A DNA stretch of 64,000 bases from Candidatus Komeilibacteria bacterium RIFOXYD1_FULL_37_29 (lineage in GTDB: Bacteria; Patescibacteriota; Patescibacteriia; UBA1558; GWA2-36-10), in the NCBI GenBank assembly GCA_001818495.1, contig MHKS01000005.1, forward strand, positions 466,584 through 530,583, given 5' to 3'. The notes under the pieces are model-generated. The model ran no database searches. It saw nothing but the letters and a program-made list of their open reading frames with translations, and was not told where the DNA came from. Shown piece after piece: positions 26,639-36,155 of the stretch. The first letter of the stretch is position 1; the number at the start of each line of letters is the position of its first letter. The translations under genes were made by a program, and so were the position numbers.

Positions 26639-28717
26639 TTAGAGGTCTAATTCATTAACTTTTTCCCAAGTATTTTCGTCTAAAACAGCCATATAATCAT
26701 TGGCCAATATATACAAATAATCATTTATATAAACGGCTCTTTTTGCATCTGGTAAGCTAACAGCTTTGACCAGCTCGATCTGATCGTTGGCGTAAGAAAA
26801 GATATAACCACCACTGTAAGAAGGCAAGAAAAATACCTGATGTTTTTCATCTTGCAAGAAAGCATGATGATTATAAAGAGCTTCACTACCATATTCACTC
26901 AAAGAATATTTGCTAATTTCTTTAGGATTACTAGCATCAGCCACATCGAAATAAGAAAGTTTTACATTACCATTTTCCATACCAATACCTAATATTTTAT
27001 TTTCCTTAATTGGATGAAGATATGATGAATAGCCGGGTATCTTGAGTTCCCCCACCATTTTTGGATTTTTTGGATCAGCCAAATTAAGCACATAGAAAGG
27101 ATCAGTTTGTCTAAAGGTAACCAAATACCCCAAATCACCAATGAACCTAGCTGAATAAATACGCTCGCCCACCCCTAAATTTAAAACAGAACCAATAGTA
27201 TTTAAATTTTGATCTAAGACATAAACATCATTGGCCTGTGAATCACTGCCACTCGGTGCCCAGCCCCAAATATCACCAATAGTAGTAGCTACTCGGAGAT
27301 TGCCTTGGTACTCATCCATAGAAAATTGATTTAGAAGATAACCGGGCACAGAACCGCTGGCCGATATTTTCAAATCATTAATATTTATTTTGGCAATACC
27401 GGTGCTAAGAAGGGATCTTTTATTTTTTTCATAATAATTTTCGGCCTTGTTTTGCATGTCATTTTCAAATTTGAGCATGGCATCGTCATCCAAAGAACCC
27501 ATCCACTCATTCATTATAGTTTGTAGTTCACTAAATTTGGACTGACTACTGATGTCATAATCATCTAATTTATTTATTCTAGCCAATAAATCACCAGGAA
27601 TTAGAGTTTTTAGTTCACTATTTATAAAACCAAACATAAAATCAAACATGTCCAAATTTTTGGTATAAGCTACATATAAAGCGTTTTGAGACATGTAAAT
27701 GTTGGCTGTGCCCTGATTGCCAACAAAAGAAATCTTATTATCAATATCGCCAGATTGAGGGTCTAAACTAACGACACTAAAGGTAGAATCCACTTGAATG
27801 GGACTGTTGGGGTGATATATTTCACCGCAGGGAATGGCTAAAACCTGACCAGATTTTAACAATGGACTGATCGGACAGGGATTATAGCGATTTAAATAAG
27901 TTTGAGTAATTAAATAAACTTTATCATTGTATAATCTAGAATTGAGTAAATAAGTATCATCATCTAAATCAATAGTCCATTTTTCTGTAGGTTGTTTTGG
28001 ATTAGAGACATCGTAGGCGACAATTTTTCTATCAGAGAAAACCAATAAAACCTTATCCGCCAAAAGCAAATCTCCAGCCAATTTTATTTCTGAGCTCAAA
28101 GCTAAATCCGTTGGTGGCCAAGCGCCAATCACATTAGTTTTGACATCATTAACATAGCGAGGAGCTATGGAATCAGTTGAATCCATCATAATATCTATTG
28201 GCATTGGTTCTTCTAACCAATAACCACCGCTATTATCAGAAAAATAAATTTGTTGACCATCTGTTTTTAATATATCTGGCTCGTCTATACCAACCACCTG
28301 GACATTGGTACCAGAAAATCTATCCGCTGATCCACTACCCATGCCCGACGGTGCTTCTTTGACAGTATCAGACTCGCCTAAAGGTAAAGAACCATCACCC
28401 AAATTATCAATAGCCATTTGTGGAGTGGCTGTATTTCTAGTTAAACCAATAGAATAATAGGCTCCATCCTCCATTTCTTCTATATATTTTTTAAACTCAT
28501 CAAGAGATTTAAATTTAGAAAATTCATTACTTTTATTTACTTGATATTTACCCGGAATAAGATTCAATGGTGGTTTATTAAAATTATTGGGGGTATCAAT
28601 AGTAGATATTATTAAAACTAGTGCTACGGCTGAAAATAATACCAAGGCTATTAAATAAATCGGAGTAAACCCCAATCTATTTTTAGTTATTTTTGTTTTT
28701 AGCTTTGTTTTTTGCAT
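26639..28717 (-). CDS. Membrane-anchored beta-propeller domain protein
   Basis: N-terminal TM; FSGTNVQVVGIDEPDILKTDG, LLNQFSMDEY.G.LRVATT, GERIYSARF, VTFRQTDP, GELKIPGYSSYLHP. Confidence 0.88.
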   Translation of the reverse strand: MQKTKLKTKITKNRLGFTPIYLIALVLFSAVALVLIISTIDTPNNFNKPPLNLIPGKYQVNKSNEFSKFKSLDEFKKYIEEMEDGAYYSIGLTRNTATPQMAIDNLGDGSLPLGESDTVKEAPSGMGSGSADRFSGTNVQVVGIDEPDILKTDGQQIYFSDNSGGYWLEEPMPIDIMMDSTDSIAPRYVNDVKTNVIGAWPPTDLALSSEIKLAGDLLLADKVLLVFSDRKIVAYDVSNPKQPTEKWTIDLDDDTYLLNSRLYNDKVYLITQTYLNRYNPCPISPLLKSGQVLAIPCGEIYHPNSPIQVDSTFSVVSLDPQSGDIDNKISFVGNQGTANIYMSQNALYVAYTKNLDMFDFMFGFINSELKTLIPGDLLARINKLDDYDISSQSKFSELQTIMNEWMGSLDDDAMLKFENDMQNKAENYYEKNKRSLLSTGIAKININDLKISASGSVPGYLLNQFSMDEYQGNLRVATTIGDIWGWAPSGSDSQANDVYVLDQNLNTIGSVLNLGVGERIYSARFIGDLGYLVTFRQTDPFYVLNLADPKNPKMVGELKIPGYSSYLHPIKENKILGIGMENGNVKLSYFDVADASNPKEISKYSLSEYGSEALYNHHAFLQDEKHQVFFLPSYSGGYIFSYANDQIELVKAVSLPDAKRAVYINDYLYILANDYMAVLDENTWEKVNELDL

Positions 28718-28759
28718 ATATTTATTTAAAGATTTTAACTTGTCTATTATACCACAAAA

Positions 28760-29446
28760 TCAATTTCCACCAAAACGACGCTGTCTCTTATTGTATTCTA
28801 AAATAGCTTTATCTAAATCTGCTTCCATAAATTCCGGCCAAGTCTTCTCTGGAAAATAGAGCTCGCTGTAAGTAGATTGCCAGGTTAAAAATCCCGACAA
28901 GCGCTCTTCCCCCGATGTACGGATAATCATATCTGGATCTGGTAGTCCAGCTGAGTCCAAATTTTGACTAATCAATTCCTGATCAATTTTATCAACGGTA
29001 ATTTTCTGAGCCACAATCTTTTTAAAAGCTCTCACTAGCTCATCACGACCACCATAACTAAGACAAATATTTAAGATGCCTCGCTGACCATTCTTAGTTT
29101 TCTCGCGGGCTTTTTTAATAGACTTTTGTAAGTCATGCTCAAAATCTTCCAGTCGGCCAAAAAAATTTACTTTGATACCCCGTTTAGACAATTTGTTTAT
29201 TTCTTTATTAACCAAAATTCTAAACAAATCCATCAAATAGGCTACTTCTTTTTTTTCTCTATTCCAATTTTCTGTTGAAAAAGCATAAACAGTTAAAATA
29301 TCTACACCTTTATCAAAAATATATTCAGCCGTTTTTTTAAGATTTTCAAAACCTAAACGATGTCCCTCAAAGGCTGGCAAACCTTTAGCTTTGGCAAAAC
29401 GGCGATTGCCGTCTAATATTATACCAATGTGTCTAGGAGTTTCCAT
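28760..29446 (-). CDS. uppS: Undecaprenyl/polyprenyl diphosphate synthase
   Basis: HIGIILDGNRR, YAFSTENW.R, SYGGRDE, IIRTSGE.RLSGFL.WQ; start placed at METP. Confidence 0.96.
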   Translation of the reverse strand: METPRHIGIILDGNRRFAKAKGLPAFEGHRLGFENLKKTAEYIFDKGVDILTVYAFSTENWNREKKEVAYLMDLFRILVNKEINKLSKRGIKVNFFGRLEDFEHDLQKSIKKAREKTKNGQRGILNICLSYGGRDELVRAFKKIVAQKITVDKIDQELISQNLDSAGLPDPDMIIRTSGEERLSGFLTWQSTYSELYFPEKTWPEFMEADLDKAILEYNKRQRRFGGN

Positions 29447-29471
29447 AAAATTATTATACATTTTTTATAAC

Positions 29472-29502
29472 AAAAAAACCACCCCAAAGAAGTGGCTTTT
29501 TT
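29472..29502 (-). terminator. Intrinsic terminator of the pilin pair
   Basis: Minus strand GCCACTTC-tttg-GGGTGGT followed by a T-run. Confidence 0.75.
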
Positions 29503-29512
29503 GTGTAGAGTA

Positions 29513-29875
29513 TTATCCAACAACAGTTTGTGCGTATAATTCACTCAATACAAATCTAGATACAGCATAAGCTACTAGTATGATAACCAAACCAACTACG
29601 CCAGCACCAATAAGCTTTTTAGCTTCATCAACCTTATCACTACTGCCATAAGAAGTCATCCATTTGAAACCACCAAAAAGAATAATCAAGGTAGTGAGGA
29701 TGCCTAAGAAACCCAAGATGATATTAACTACACCACCAATGGTGTCTCGAAGCGATCTTGATCCTAAGGCAATATCAGTGTTGGAGAAATCATTAAATCC
29801 CCAGTCATCTAAAGTAGTTTGAGCGTTAGCTGCTGCTGGAGCTAACAACAAAAGAAAAGTTAGTATTTTCTTCAT
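29513..29875 (-). CDS. VirB2/TrbC-like pilin
   Basis: Signal peptide (ANA-Q), two hydrophobic helices flanking GGFKWMTS.G..DKV..AK; start placed at MKKIL. Confidence 0.85.
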   Translation of the reverse strand: MKKILTFLLLLAPAAANAQTTLDDWGFNDFSNTDIALGSRSLRDTIGGVVNIILGFLGILTTLIILFGGFKWMTSYGSSDKVDEAKKLIGAGVVGLVIILVAYAVSRFVLSELYAQTVVG

Positions 29876-29932
29876 AGAATTATGCATTTACTAGTTAATT
29901 ATTTAATTAATTATTAATATATTAATATAGCA

Positions 29933-30289
29933 CTAAAATGTTTCGCTGTAAAGCTCACTAAGCACAAATCTGGAAATAGCATAAGCCGTTAAAACAATGA
30001 TTAAACCAATTGCTCCAGCTATGACCACGCCTTTACCTTTTTCACTTTTTTCGGCATTACCACCAGATGTCATCATATTAAATCCTCCCCACAAAATAGC
30101 GACTGTTGTTAATATGCCTAAAAAACCCAAAATGATATTAACTACACCACCAATGGTGTCTCGAAGCGATCTTGATCCTAAGGCTACTTCGGCATCTGTA
30201 AAATCATTATACCCCCAATCGTCTAAGGCGGTCTGAGCATTAGCCATTATTGGTGCTAAAAGTAGTGCAAAGGCTAATATCTTTTTCAT
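29933..30289 (-). CDS. VirB2/TrbC-like pilin (paralog)
   Basis: Signal peptide (ANA-Q), GGFNMMTSGGNAEK..KGK; start placed at MKKIL, downstream of the promoter. Confidence 0.85.
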   Translation of the reverse strand: MKKILAFALLLAPIMANAQTALDDWGYNDFTDAEVALGSRSLRDTIGGVVNIILGFLGILTTVAILWGGFNMMTSGGNAEKSEKGKGVVIAGAIGLIIVLTAYAISRFVLSELYSETF

Positions 30290-30316
30290 AAATAACTTAT
30301 TTTTATTAATACCTAT

Positions 30317-30361
30317 ATTATACACTAATTTTGGATATTTGTAAATAAATTTTGGATATTT
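30317..30361 (-). promoter_or_regulatory. Pilin promoter with a 14-bp direct-repeat pair
   Basis: Minus strand TTTACA-17 nt-TATAAT; AATTTTGGATATTT at 30327-30340 and 30348-30361. Confidence 0.65.
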
Positions 30362-30379
30362 TAGCTATAAAATAGCCCT

Positions 30380-30494
30380 TTTGTTCGCTTGGTTCGGGGC
30401 GCTACGCTATTACGTAGCATCTTAGGTCACTCCGCGCCGTTGGCGGAGTATTCTCAGAAAGAACCTGCACTCACTTTGTTCGCTTGGTTCGGGG
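30380..30494 (-). repeat. tRNA-linked palindromic element bounded by 20-bp direct repeats
   Basis: TTTGTTCGCTTGGTTCGGGG at 30380-30399 and 30475-30494; the second copy overlaps the tRNA 3' end; GC-rich hairpins lie between the copies. Confidence 0.8.
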
Positions 30495-30558
30495 ACAGGG
30501 ACTCGAACCCCGATTGACGGGACCAGAACCCGTTGTCCTACCATTAGACGATCCCCGA
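30485..30558 (-). tRNA. tRNA-Gln(CTG)
   Basis: Cloverleaf: TCGGGGA/TCCCCGA acceptor with U1-A72, ACGGG-TTCTGGT-CCCGT anticodon arm, TTCGAGT T-loop, encoded CCA. Confidence 0.97.
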
Positions 30559-30563
30559 ATATC

Positions 30564-32063
30564 CTAAAGCATTTCTCCTCCAAACGTTTTCAATATGTCG
30601 CCTACTTCACTCTCGTTTTTTCCCTTGAAATCCTGATGATTGTGTCGATAATTTGGGTCTACTTCAAAGCTTAGGTCTATTTTTTTACCTAAAATATCAG
30701 CAAAAATAGTTAATAGCTTATCTCGCACCGACAAATTATCTAATTGTTCTTTATGAAAACCATATTCCAAGCCAATAATAAGTAAATTCCGTTCAATTGT
30801 CAAAGGATGACTGGTCTGAAGAATCATTGCTACTGAATGATTAAGAGTTTTAGCATTGGTCACCACTTGATGCCAATTATTTTGTAATTTTTTGATTTCT
30901 GGAGATCCGTCTAGCGGTTTTTTACTCTCTTTTTGAAAATTCTTAAAATCGCTAGTTTTTTCACTAGAGCTATCTTGAGCTAGTAAAAATTCTACGCAAG
31001 TTAATTCCAGTGGTAATTGAACAATTATGGTTTCTTTGATTGATAATTTCTCCAATATTATATTGAGCAACTTAGAAATATCCTCTAACAAAAAATCTTG
31101 GGCATGTTTTTTAATAGCTTGGGTCAAATTATCATCAAAATCAATCACAAAGCTTGGTCCGATAATCTTATAAAGCATTATCTGCCTGATATAGTTGACA
31201 AAATCAGCCATAAAAACCGACAAATCACTACCTTCGTCCACTAAATTATTTATCTGATTTAAAGCTGTCGAAAGATTTTTTACCCGTAAAGCTTCCACCA
31301 AAGAATCCACTGCTTGCCAATTACTACTGGGTAAAACCAAAGAGGCTAATTCCTCCGTTACTTTTCCACCGCTAATAGAAATCACTTGCCCCAATAGAGA
31401 CTCAGCATCTCTGAGACATCCCTCACTGCGTCTGGCAATTTCTGATAAGATGTTTTCTGGCACCTGCACTTTTTCCCATTCTATTATTTCTGTCAGGCGT
31501 TTGATAATATCTTTATTGGGAATTTTTCTAAAATCAAATCTCTGACAACGTGAAATTATAGTTTCTGGAACCTTGTTTATTTCTGTAGTAGCCAAAATAA
31601 AAATTACTTTCTTGGGTGGCTCTTCCAGTGTCTTGAGCAAAGCATTGAAAGCTGATTTGGAAAGCATATGTACTTCATCGATAATAAAGACTTTATAGCC
31701 CTGGCTATTAAAAGGTGGAATTTGAGAATTGGCAATAATATTATCCCGCACATTATCTACTCCGGTATTGGAAGCAGCATCAATCTCTATAATATCCATA
31801 GACCGGCCAGCTAAAATCATCTGACAATTAGCACACTGGCCGCATGGCTCAGCTGATTTTTCTTGACGATTGAGGCAATTTAAAGAACGAGCAAAAAGAC
31901 GAGCCAAGGTAGTTTTACCGGTGCCTCGAGTTCCCACAAATAAATAAGCGTGGGCTAGGTTCCCACTCAAAATTTCATTTTCCAAAGTAATTTTTATCGG
32001 CCTTTGACCGACAACTTCCTTGAAAAATTTTGGTCGATATTTTCTATAGATTACTTCTGACAT
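30564..32063 (-). CDS. dnaX: DNA polymerase III subunit gamma/tau
   Basis: YRKYRP, GTRGTGKTT, EIDAASN, IIDEVHML, FNALLKTLEEPP, SRC. Confidence 0.97.
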   Translation of the reverse strand: MSEVIYRKYRPKFFKEVVGQRPIKITLENEILSGNLAHAYLFVGTRGTGKTTLARLFARSLNCLNRQEKSAEPCGQCANCQMILAGRSMDIIEIDAASNTGVDNVRDNIIANSQIPPFNSQGYKVFIIDEVHMLSKSAFNALLKTLEEPPKKVIFILATTEINKVPETIISRCQRFDFRKIPNKDIIKRLTEIIEWEKVQVPENILSEIARRSEGCLRDAESLLGQVISISGGKVTEELASLVLPSSNWQAVDSLVEALRVKNLSTALNQINNLVDEGSDLSVFMADFVNYIRQIMLYKIIGPSFVIDFDDNLTQAIKKHAQDFLLEDISKLLNIILEKLSIKETIIVQLPLELTCVEFLLAQDSSSEKTSDFKNFQKESKKPLDGSPEIKKLQNNWHQVVTNAKTLNHSVAMILQTSHPLTIERNLLIIGLEYGFHKEQLDNLSVRDKLLTIFADILGKKIDLSFEVDPNYRHNHQDFKGKNESEVGDILKTFGGEML

Positions 32064-32066
32064 AAA

Positions 32067-32654
32067 TCAAAGACTAAAATCAAGCTCGTCAGTAGAAATC
32101 TTTTTATGATTATTAATTTTTATAATATTTTCCACGGCTGCCCAACCGCTTTCAGAACCCTTTGGTACCAATATCACTACCTCATCCCCTTCTTCACCCT
32201 TAAAATAAGTGACTGAGGCCATGAGAAGTTTGTATATTTTATCTCCAGCTAAAACTACAAATTCATTGGTATTTCTGTCTTTAATCAAGTGTCCGACTAA
32301 GCGAGCTCTTTCTACTGGTGCTATTTGTTTGAAAATAAATGAACCGTCTAAACTGATAGTTAATTTTAAAATATCCCCTTCGACTAATTTTGATTTTGAA
32401 GCATAATTGGCTGGAACACTATACTGTTTGCCATCTGGACCAATCATTATTTGCCCGTTAAAAACACCTTCTACTACCAAGCCCTCATCACCATCTATTT
32501 GCTTGCCCACTTGAGCGGCTTTTAAACTATAGTTAGCGGCGTCTGAAGAAGTTCGGCCGGTCAATTCTCCTAAAACTTGTTTGGTTTTGGTGAGCTCTAA
32601 TTCTAAATTATATAATAAAGCTTCTAAATCTTTTATTTTTTTTGCTTTTGACAT
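32067..32654 (-). CDS. Conserved hypothetical protein
   Basis: VEGVFNG..M.G.DGK.Y.VPANYASKSKLVEGD motif; start placed at MSKAK. Confidence 0.8.
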   Translation of the reverse strand: MSKAKKIKDLEALLYNLELELTKTKQVLGELTGRTSSDAANYSLKAAQVGKQIDGDEGLVVEGVFNGQIMIGPDGKQYSVPANYASKSKLVEGDILKLTISLDGSFIFKQIAPVERARLVGHLIKDRNTNEFVVLAGDKIYKLLMASVTYFKGEEGDEVVILVPKGSESGWAAVENIIKINNHKKISTDELDFSL

Positions 32655-32752
32655 TTTGTTTTTGTTTACGAGCCTTGGTAGCTCTTTTTCCCCTAATAAT
32701 TTACCACAAAAATTGGCTCTTGGCAATCTAAATTTTTTAGAGAAAAAGTAGC

Positions 32753-35206
32753 CTAAACCATAGCAATACGACTATTTATCTCGCTTTCCACTACCCTTTT
32801 ATCGCGACCATATCTTAAGCGAGATAATTCCTTTATACTTCTAGCTAATTCATAATTACCCTTTTCCGGTAATATTGGATTAAAATTAAAAGCTGGCGGA
32901 TTTTGATTATCAATTAATAACCTAATATAGCAGGTGTATTTGGGCATGTTGATAAGATCATATTCAGTCACTACCGGTGCCATTTGTTTGGCTATGACTT
33001 CAGCATCGTCTACTCCGATTCGATAAGATACCAATGTACCAACATTGCCAAAGACAGAATCTTTGACGCTAGTATTATTATTTTTAGTTAATTGAGCCAA
33101 AAATTGATGAGCTAAAATCAAATTTAATTTATACTTTCTAGCCTCTGATAATATCACTGAGATGCTTTCGGTAATATAATTTTGAAACTCATCAATATAC
33201 AAATAAAAGTCTGCCCTTTCTTCTTCTGGTATATCCACCCGACTCAAAGCGGCAAACAATATTTTTCCGATCATAATCATGCCCAAAAGACTACTATTCA
33301 TTTCACCAATGCGACCTTTGGATAAATTGATAATAATAATTTTATTTTCGTCCATAGCTTTTCGAAAATTAAAAGCTGACTTCGCCTGGGAAATAATCGG
33401 CCGAATAGTATCGTTAGATATAAAAGGCGTTAATTTACTAGTAATGTAGGGCACCATATTGGCCAAGGCCGCTTCACCACCGGCTTTTTGAGCTTCTTTT
33501 TCCCAAAAATCTTTCACTAATTGATTTTTGGCTTTGGCTAATTTCTTTTTTCTATATTCAGCATCAGATAAAACTTTGGGAATTTCTAATAGTGTAGCCG
33601 AATTTTCTTTATCATCCATCAAAAGTAACATAGTATTTCTCATGTATTGTTCAAAAATCGGGCCGCCCGTTGCTTTGAGATCATACAACTTATCAAAAAT
33701 AGCAATCATCTCGTTGATTACAAAAGTTTTTTGTTCTTCTGTTTCAAACTCTAGCATATTGATGCCAATAGGACGTTCGGTGTCTGATGGATCAAAAAAT
33801 ATTACATCTTCCGCTCTGGCTTTGGGCACATGAGACAAAATAGTTTCTGCCAAATCTCCATGTGGATCCAAAACGCAAACACCCTTGCCATTAGCTATAT
33901 CTTGAATAGCCAAACTCTCTAAAAAGACCGATTTACCAGTACCGGTTTGCCCGATGGTATACATATGCCGACGACGATCAGCATCTTTTATTCTGACTAG
34001 GGTTTCTTTGCCACGATAAATGCTTTTACCTAACACTACGCCTTCTCTTGGCATATCCGCCGGTGGAGCTGCTTTGGCTGCCTCTAACCAAGCGATATTG
34101 GGTGTTTCACTGGTGGGCAGGGGTAAATGAATAATACTAGTCATTTCTTCTGAATTCAAAATCATACTACGTTTAGGCAAAAAATGACGATAAATAAAAT
34201 GTTCAATGTAAGAATCATTTTTTTTGGGTATCTGGGCTCTAAAACTATTGCCAAACTCATAGATATTGAATTGACTGTAGCTATTTAAAATGTCATTCAA
34301 AATCATACCAGAACGCTCCGAGCTGGGTGTAGAGACAACTACTCTGATATTGACCTCGAGAGCGGATTTGGAAGTTTTTTCTTCCATAGCTTTGGCTCTT
34401 TCCTGCTCCATAGCAGACATAAGCGGTTTTTCCTGAGGTTTGTTTAGTGGTTTTTCTTTTTCTTTGGAAGCAACAAAAGTACCAAAAAATTTTAAAACTT
34501 TACTGAGATTACCCCAAAATCCACCACCGCCAAGTTTTTTAACAGCCTCATTGTAATGAATACCAGTATACATATACTTGGCTATTTTTTTGCCGCGCGC
34601 GTGCCACCGCGCCGGAGCAGAGCGAAAAACATATTGGACAGCCGCCCCCTCTCCGTCTTTTAATTTACTCAAAGAATTGGTAATGGCTTCTAGTGGATCA
34701 TTTTCAAAATGACGATAAGTTTTTATTGGTAAGCTATAATCATTGGTAAAATAAAGAATACCCGCCTTGATATGACCCTGGGGCTGAAAAATATTATAAT
34801 CAACCGCTAGTTCAAAATATATTTTAGGATAAACCGCTTGCAGTTGTTGGATTAAAAAATCTCTATAATTAGTCGGCGTGGCTATATAAAAATTTATAAA
34901 TCCGCCATCCGAAACAATTTCAGCGGAAAAAACATCCGTCCGTCGGCTAAACATTTTTTTCTGAATTCTTAGTCCACTTAGAGCGGCAAACAAATTTTCT
35001 ACTTGCCCCAATTGTGTCTGGACATAATCTTTACCATACTCCTCTTTTTTCTGTTTGGTATATTTTGGTATTTTGACTAAAAGTATCTCCTGTTGAAGAC
35101 TTTTATTGGATTTATTGTTAAAATAATTTAATAAAAAATAAACAAAAATGCCCAAGAAAATAATTCCTATCAATGAAACTATAGCTATAGTGATATATTC
35201 ATTCAT
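32753..35206 (-). CDS. VirD4/TraD-like coupling ATPase fused to an N-terminal membrane-anchored domain
   Basis: N-terminal TM; DRRRHMYTIGQTGTGKS, DPHGD, LYIDEFQNY, LSEARKYKL, AHQF. Confidence 0.9.
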   Translation of the reverse strand: MNEYITIAIVSLIGIIFLGIFVYFLLNYFNNKSNKSLQQEILLVKIPKYTKQKKEEYGKDYVQTQLGQVENLFAALSGLRIQKKMFSRRTDVFSAEIVSDGGFINFYIATPTNYRDFLIQQLQAVYPKIYFELAVDYNIFQPQGHIKAGILYFTNDYSLPIKTYRHFENDPLEAITNSLSKLKDGEGAAVQYVFRSAPARWHARGKKIAKYMYTGIHYNEAVKKLGGGGFWGNLSKVLKFFGTFVASKEKEKPLNKPQEKPLMSAMEQERAKAMEEKTSKSALEVNIRVVVSTPSSERSGMILNDILNSYSQFNIYEFGNSFRAQIPKKNDSYIEHFIYRHFLPKRSMILNSEEMTSIIHLPLPTSETPNIAWLEAAKAAPPADMPREGVVLGKSIYRGKETLVRIKDADRRRHMYTIGQTGTGKSVFLESLAIQDIANGKGVCVLDPHGDLAETILSHVPKARAEDVIFFDPSDTERPIGINMLEFETEEQKTFVINEMIAIFDKLYDLKATGGPIFEQYMRNTMLLLMDDKENSATLLEIPKVLSDAEYRKKKLAKAKNQLVKDFWEKEAQKAGGEAALANMVPYITSKLTPFISNDTIRPIISQAKSAFNFRKAMDENKIIIINLSKGRIGEMNSSLLGMIMIGKILFAALSRVDIPEEERADFYLYIDEFQNYITESISVILSEARKYKLNLILAHQFLAQLTKNNNTSVKDSVFGNVGTLVSYRIGVDDAEVIAKQMAPVVTEYDLINMPKYTCYIRLLIDNQNPPAFNFNPILPEKGNYELARSIKELSRLRYGRDKRVVESEINSRIAMV

Positions 35207-35209
35207 TTT

Positions 35210-35692
35210 TTATTTTGGTTGATTTATTTTTAATATTTTTTCTGTTTTTATTTTAGCTTCTTGCTCTAAATAATGCTTGTTTACTCTGGGTATAAGGCGC
35301 AACCATTCTAATATCAGTTTAGTAATTTCTTTTACTTTGATCTTGGCCTGCAACAACAAATTTGTAATTTTAACCGACACGTCTTCTCCTTTTGTTTTAA
35401 AAACTTTTTGAGTACCAGCATCTAAAGATAAATAAACATCCTCCATACCTTCTGCTAAGACATTTTCTATTTTTTGATGAATAACAGACGCTATATTAGC
35501 CTGTGCATTTGAAGAAGTCTCACCATCATCCAAATTTACAGTTGGCGAAATATTATCATTTTCCGGTTGTTCTTTACTTTGAGAAAATTTTTCTAATTTA
35601 GCGCCGTCTAAAGACTTTTCCACTGATTGTTCGGCGAATCGGCCTGATTCTTGACTAATCGACGGTTGTTCTATTCTTTTTTCTTTTGACAT
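35210..35692 (-). CDS. Hypothetical protein
   Basis: 160-aa ORF tightly packed in the operon; globular-looking C-terminal half (IP.VNK..LEQEAKIK). Confidence 0.8.
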   Translation of the reverse strand: MSKEKRIEQPSISQESGRFAEQSVEKSLDGAKLEKFSQSKEQPENDNISPTVNLDDGETSSNAQANIASVIHQKIENVLAEGMEDVYLSLDAGTQKVFKTKGEDVSVKITNLLLQAKIKVKEITKLILEWLRLIPRVNKHYLEQEAKIKTEKILKINQPK

Positions 35693-35699
35693 GCCTATA

Positions 35700-36152
35700 T
35701 TATACCAAATTTTGGCTTTTTAGGTAAGAATCTAGACTCTGATACAGTTTATCAGCCAAATTAATGGCCGGTAAAACATATCTGTGCCCGCCAGATAGTA
35801 TATAAATATTTTTATTTCTTTTGCGAACCGCTTTAATATCAGATAATTTTATAAAACCGACCAATCTAAAATCATTTTTATAAATTAATTTAAGATGAAC
35901 TAACCTTTTATTAGTCAGTAAATAAAAATTGTTGCGATCTAGCATGGCTCTAGCCAAGAAAAATATCAAAAATATTACCCAAATAACCCACAAAATAAGC
36001 CCCTGATAGCCCATTTTCCAGACTGGAAAAAGTATAAAAAATGTCATTAAAAAAAGCAGGATAATAAAAATTACCCTGGTCGAACTAGTCTTTGACTCAA
36101 AGACCATTTTTAAGTCTTCACTAACGGTCAAAAATTTGCTAAAATTATTCAT
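35700..36152 (-). CDS. Two-TM protein with bacterial PH-like domain
   Basis: Two TM helices followed by YLLTNKRLV...I.LSDI..V; start uncertain (36152 or 36107). Confidence 0.65.
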   Translation of the reverse strand: MNNFSKFLTVSEDLKMVFESKTSSTRVIFIILLFLMTFFILFPVWKMGYQGLILWVIWVIFLIFFLARAMLDRNNFYLLTNKRLVHLKLIYKNDFRLVGFIKLSDIKAVRKRNKNIYILSGGHRYVLPAINLADKLYQSLDSYLKSQNLV

Positions 36153-36155
36153 GTT

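Noticed and set aside
30380-30494. CRISPR array or prophage
   Set aside because: Only two 20-bp copies, derived from the tRNA end; no cas, integrase or phage genes
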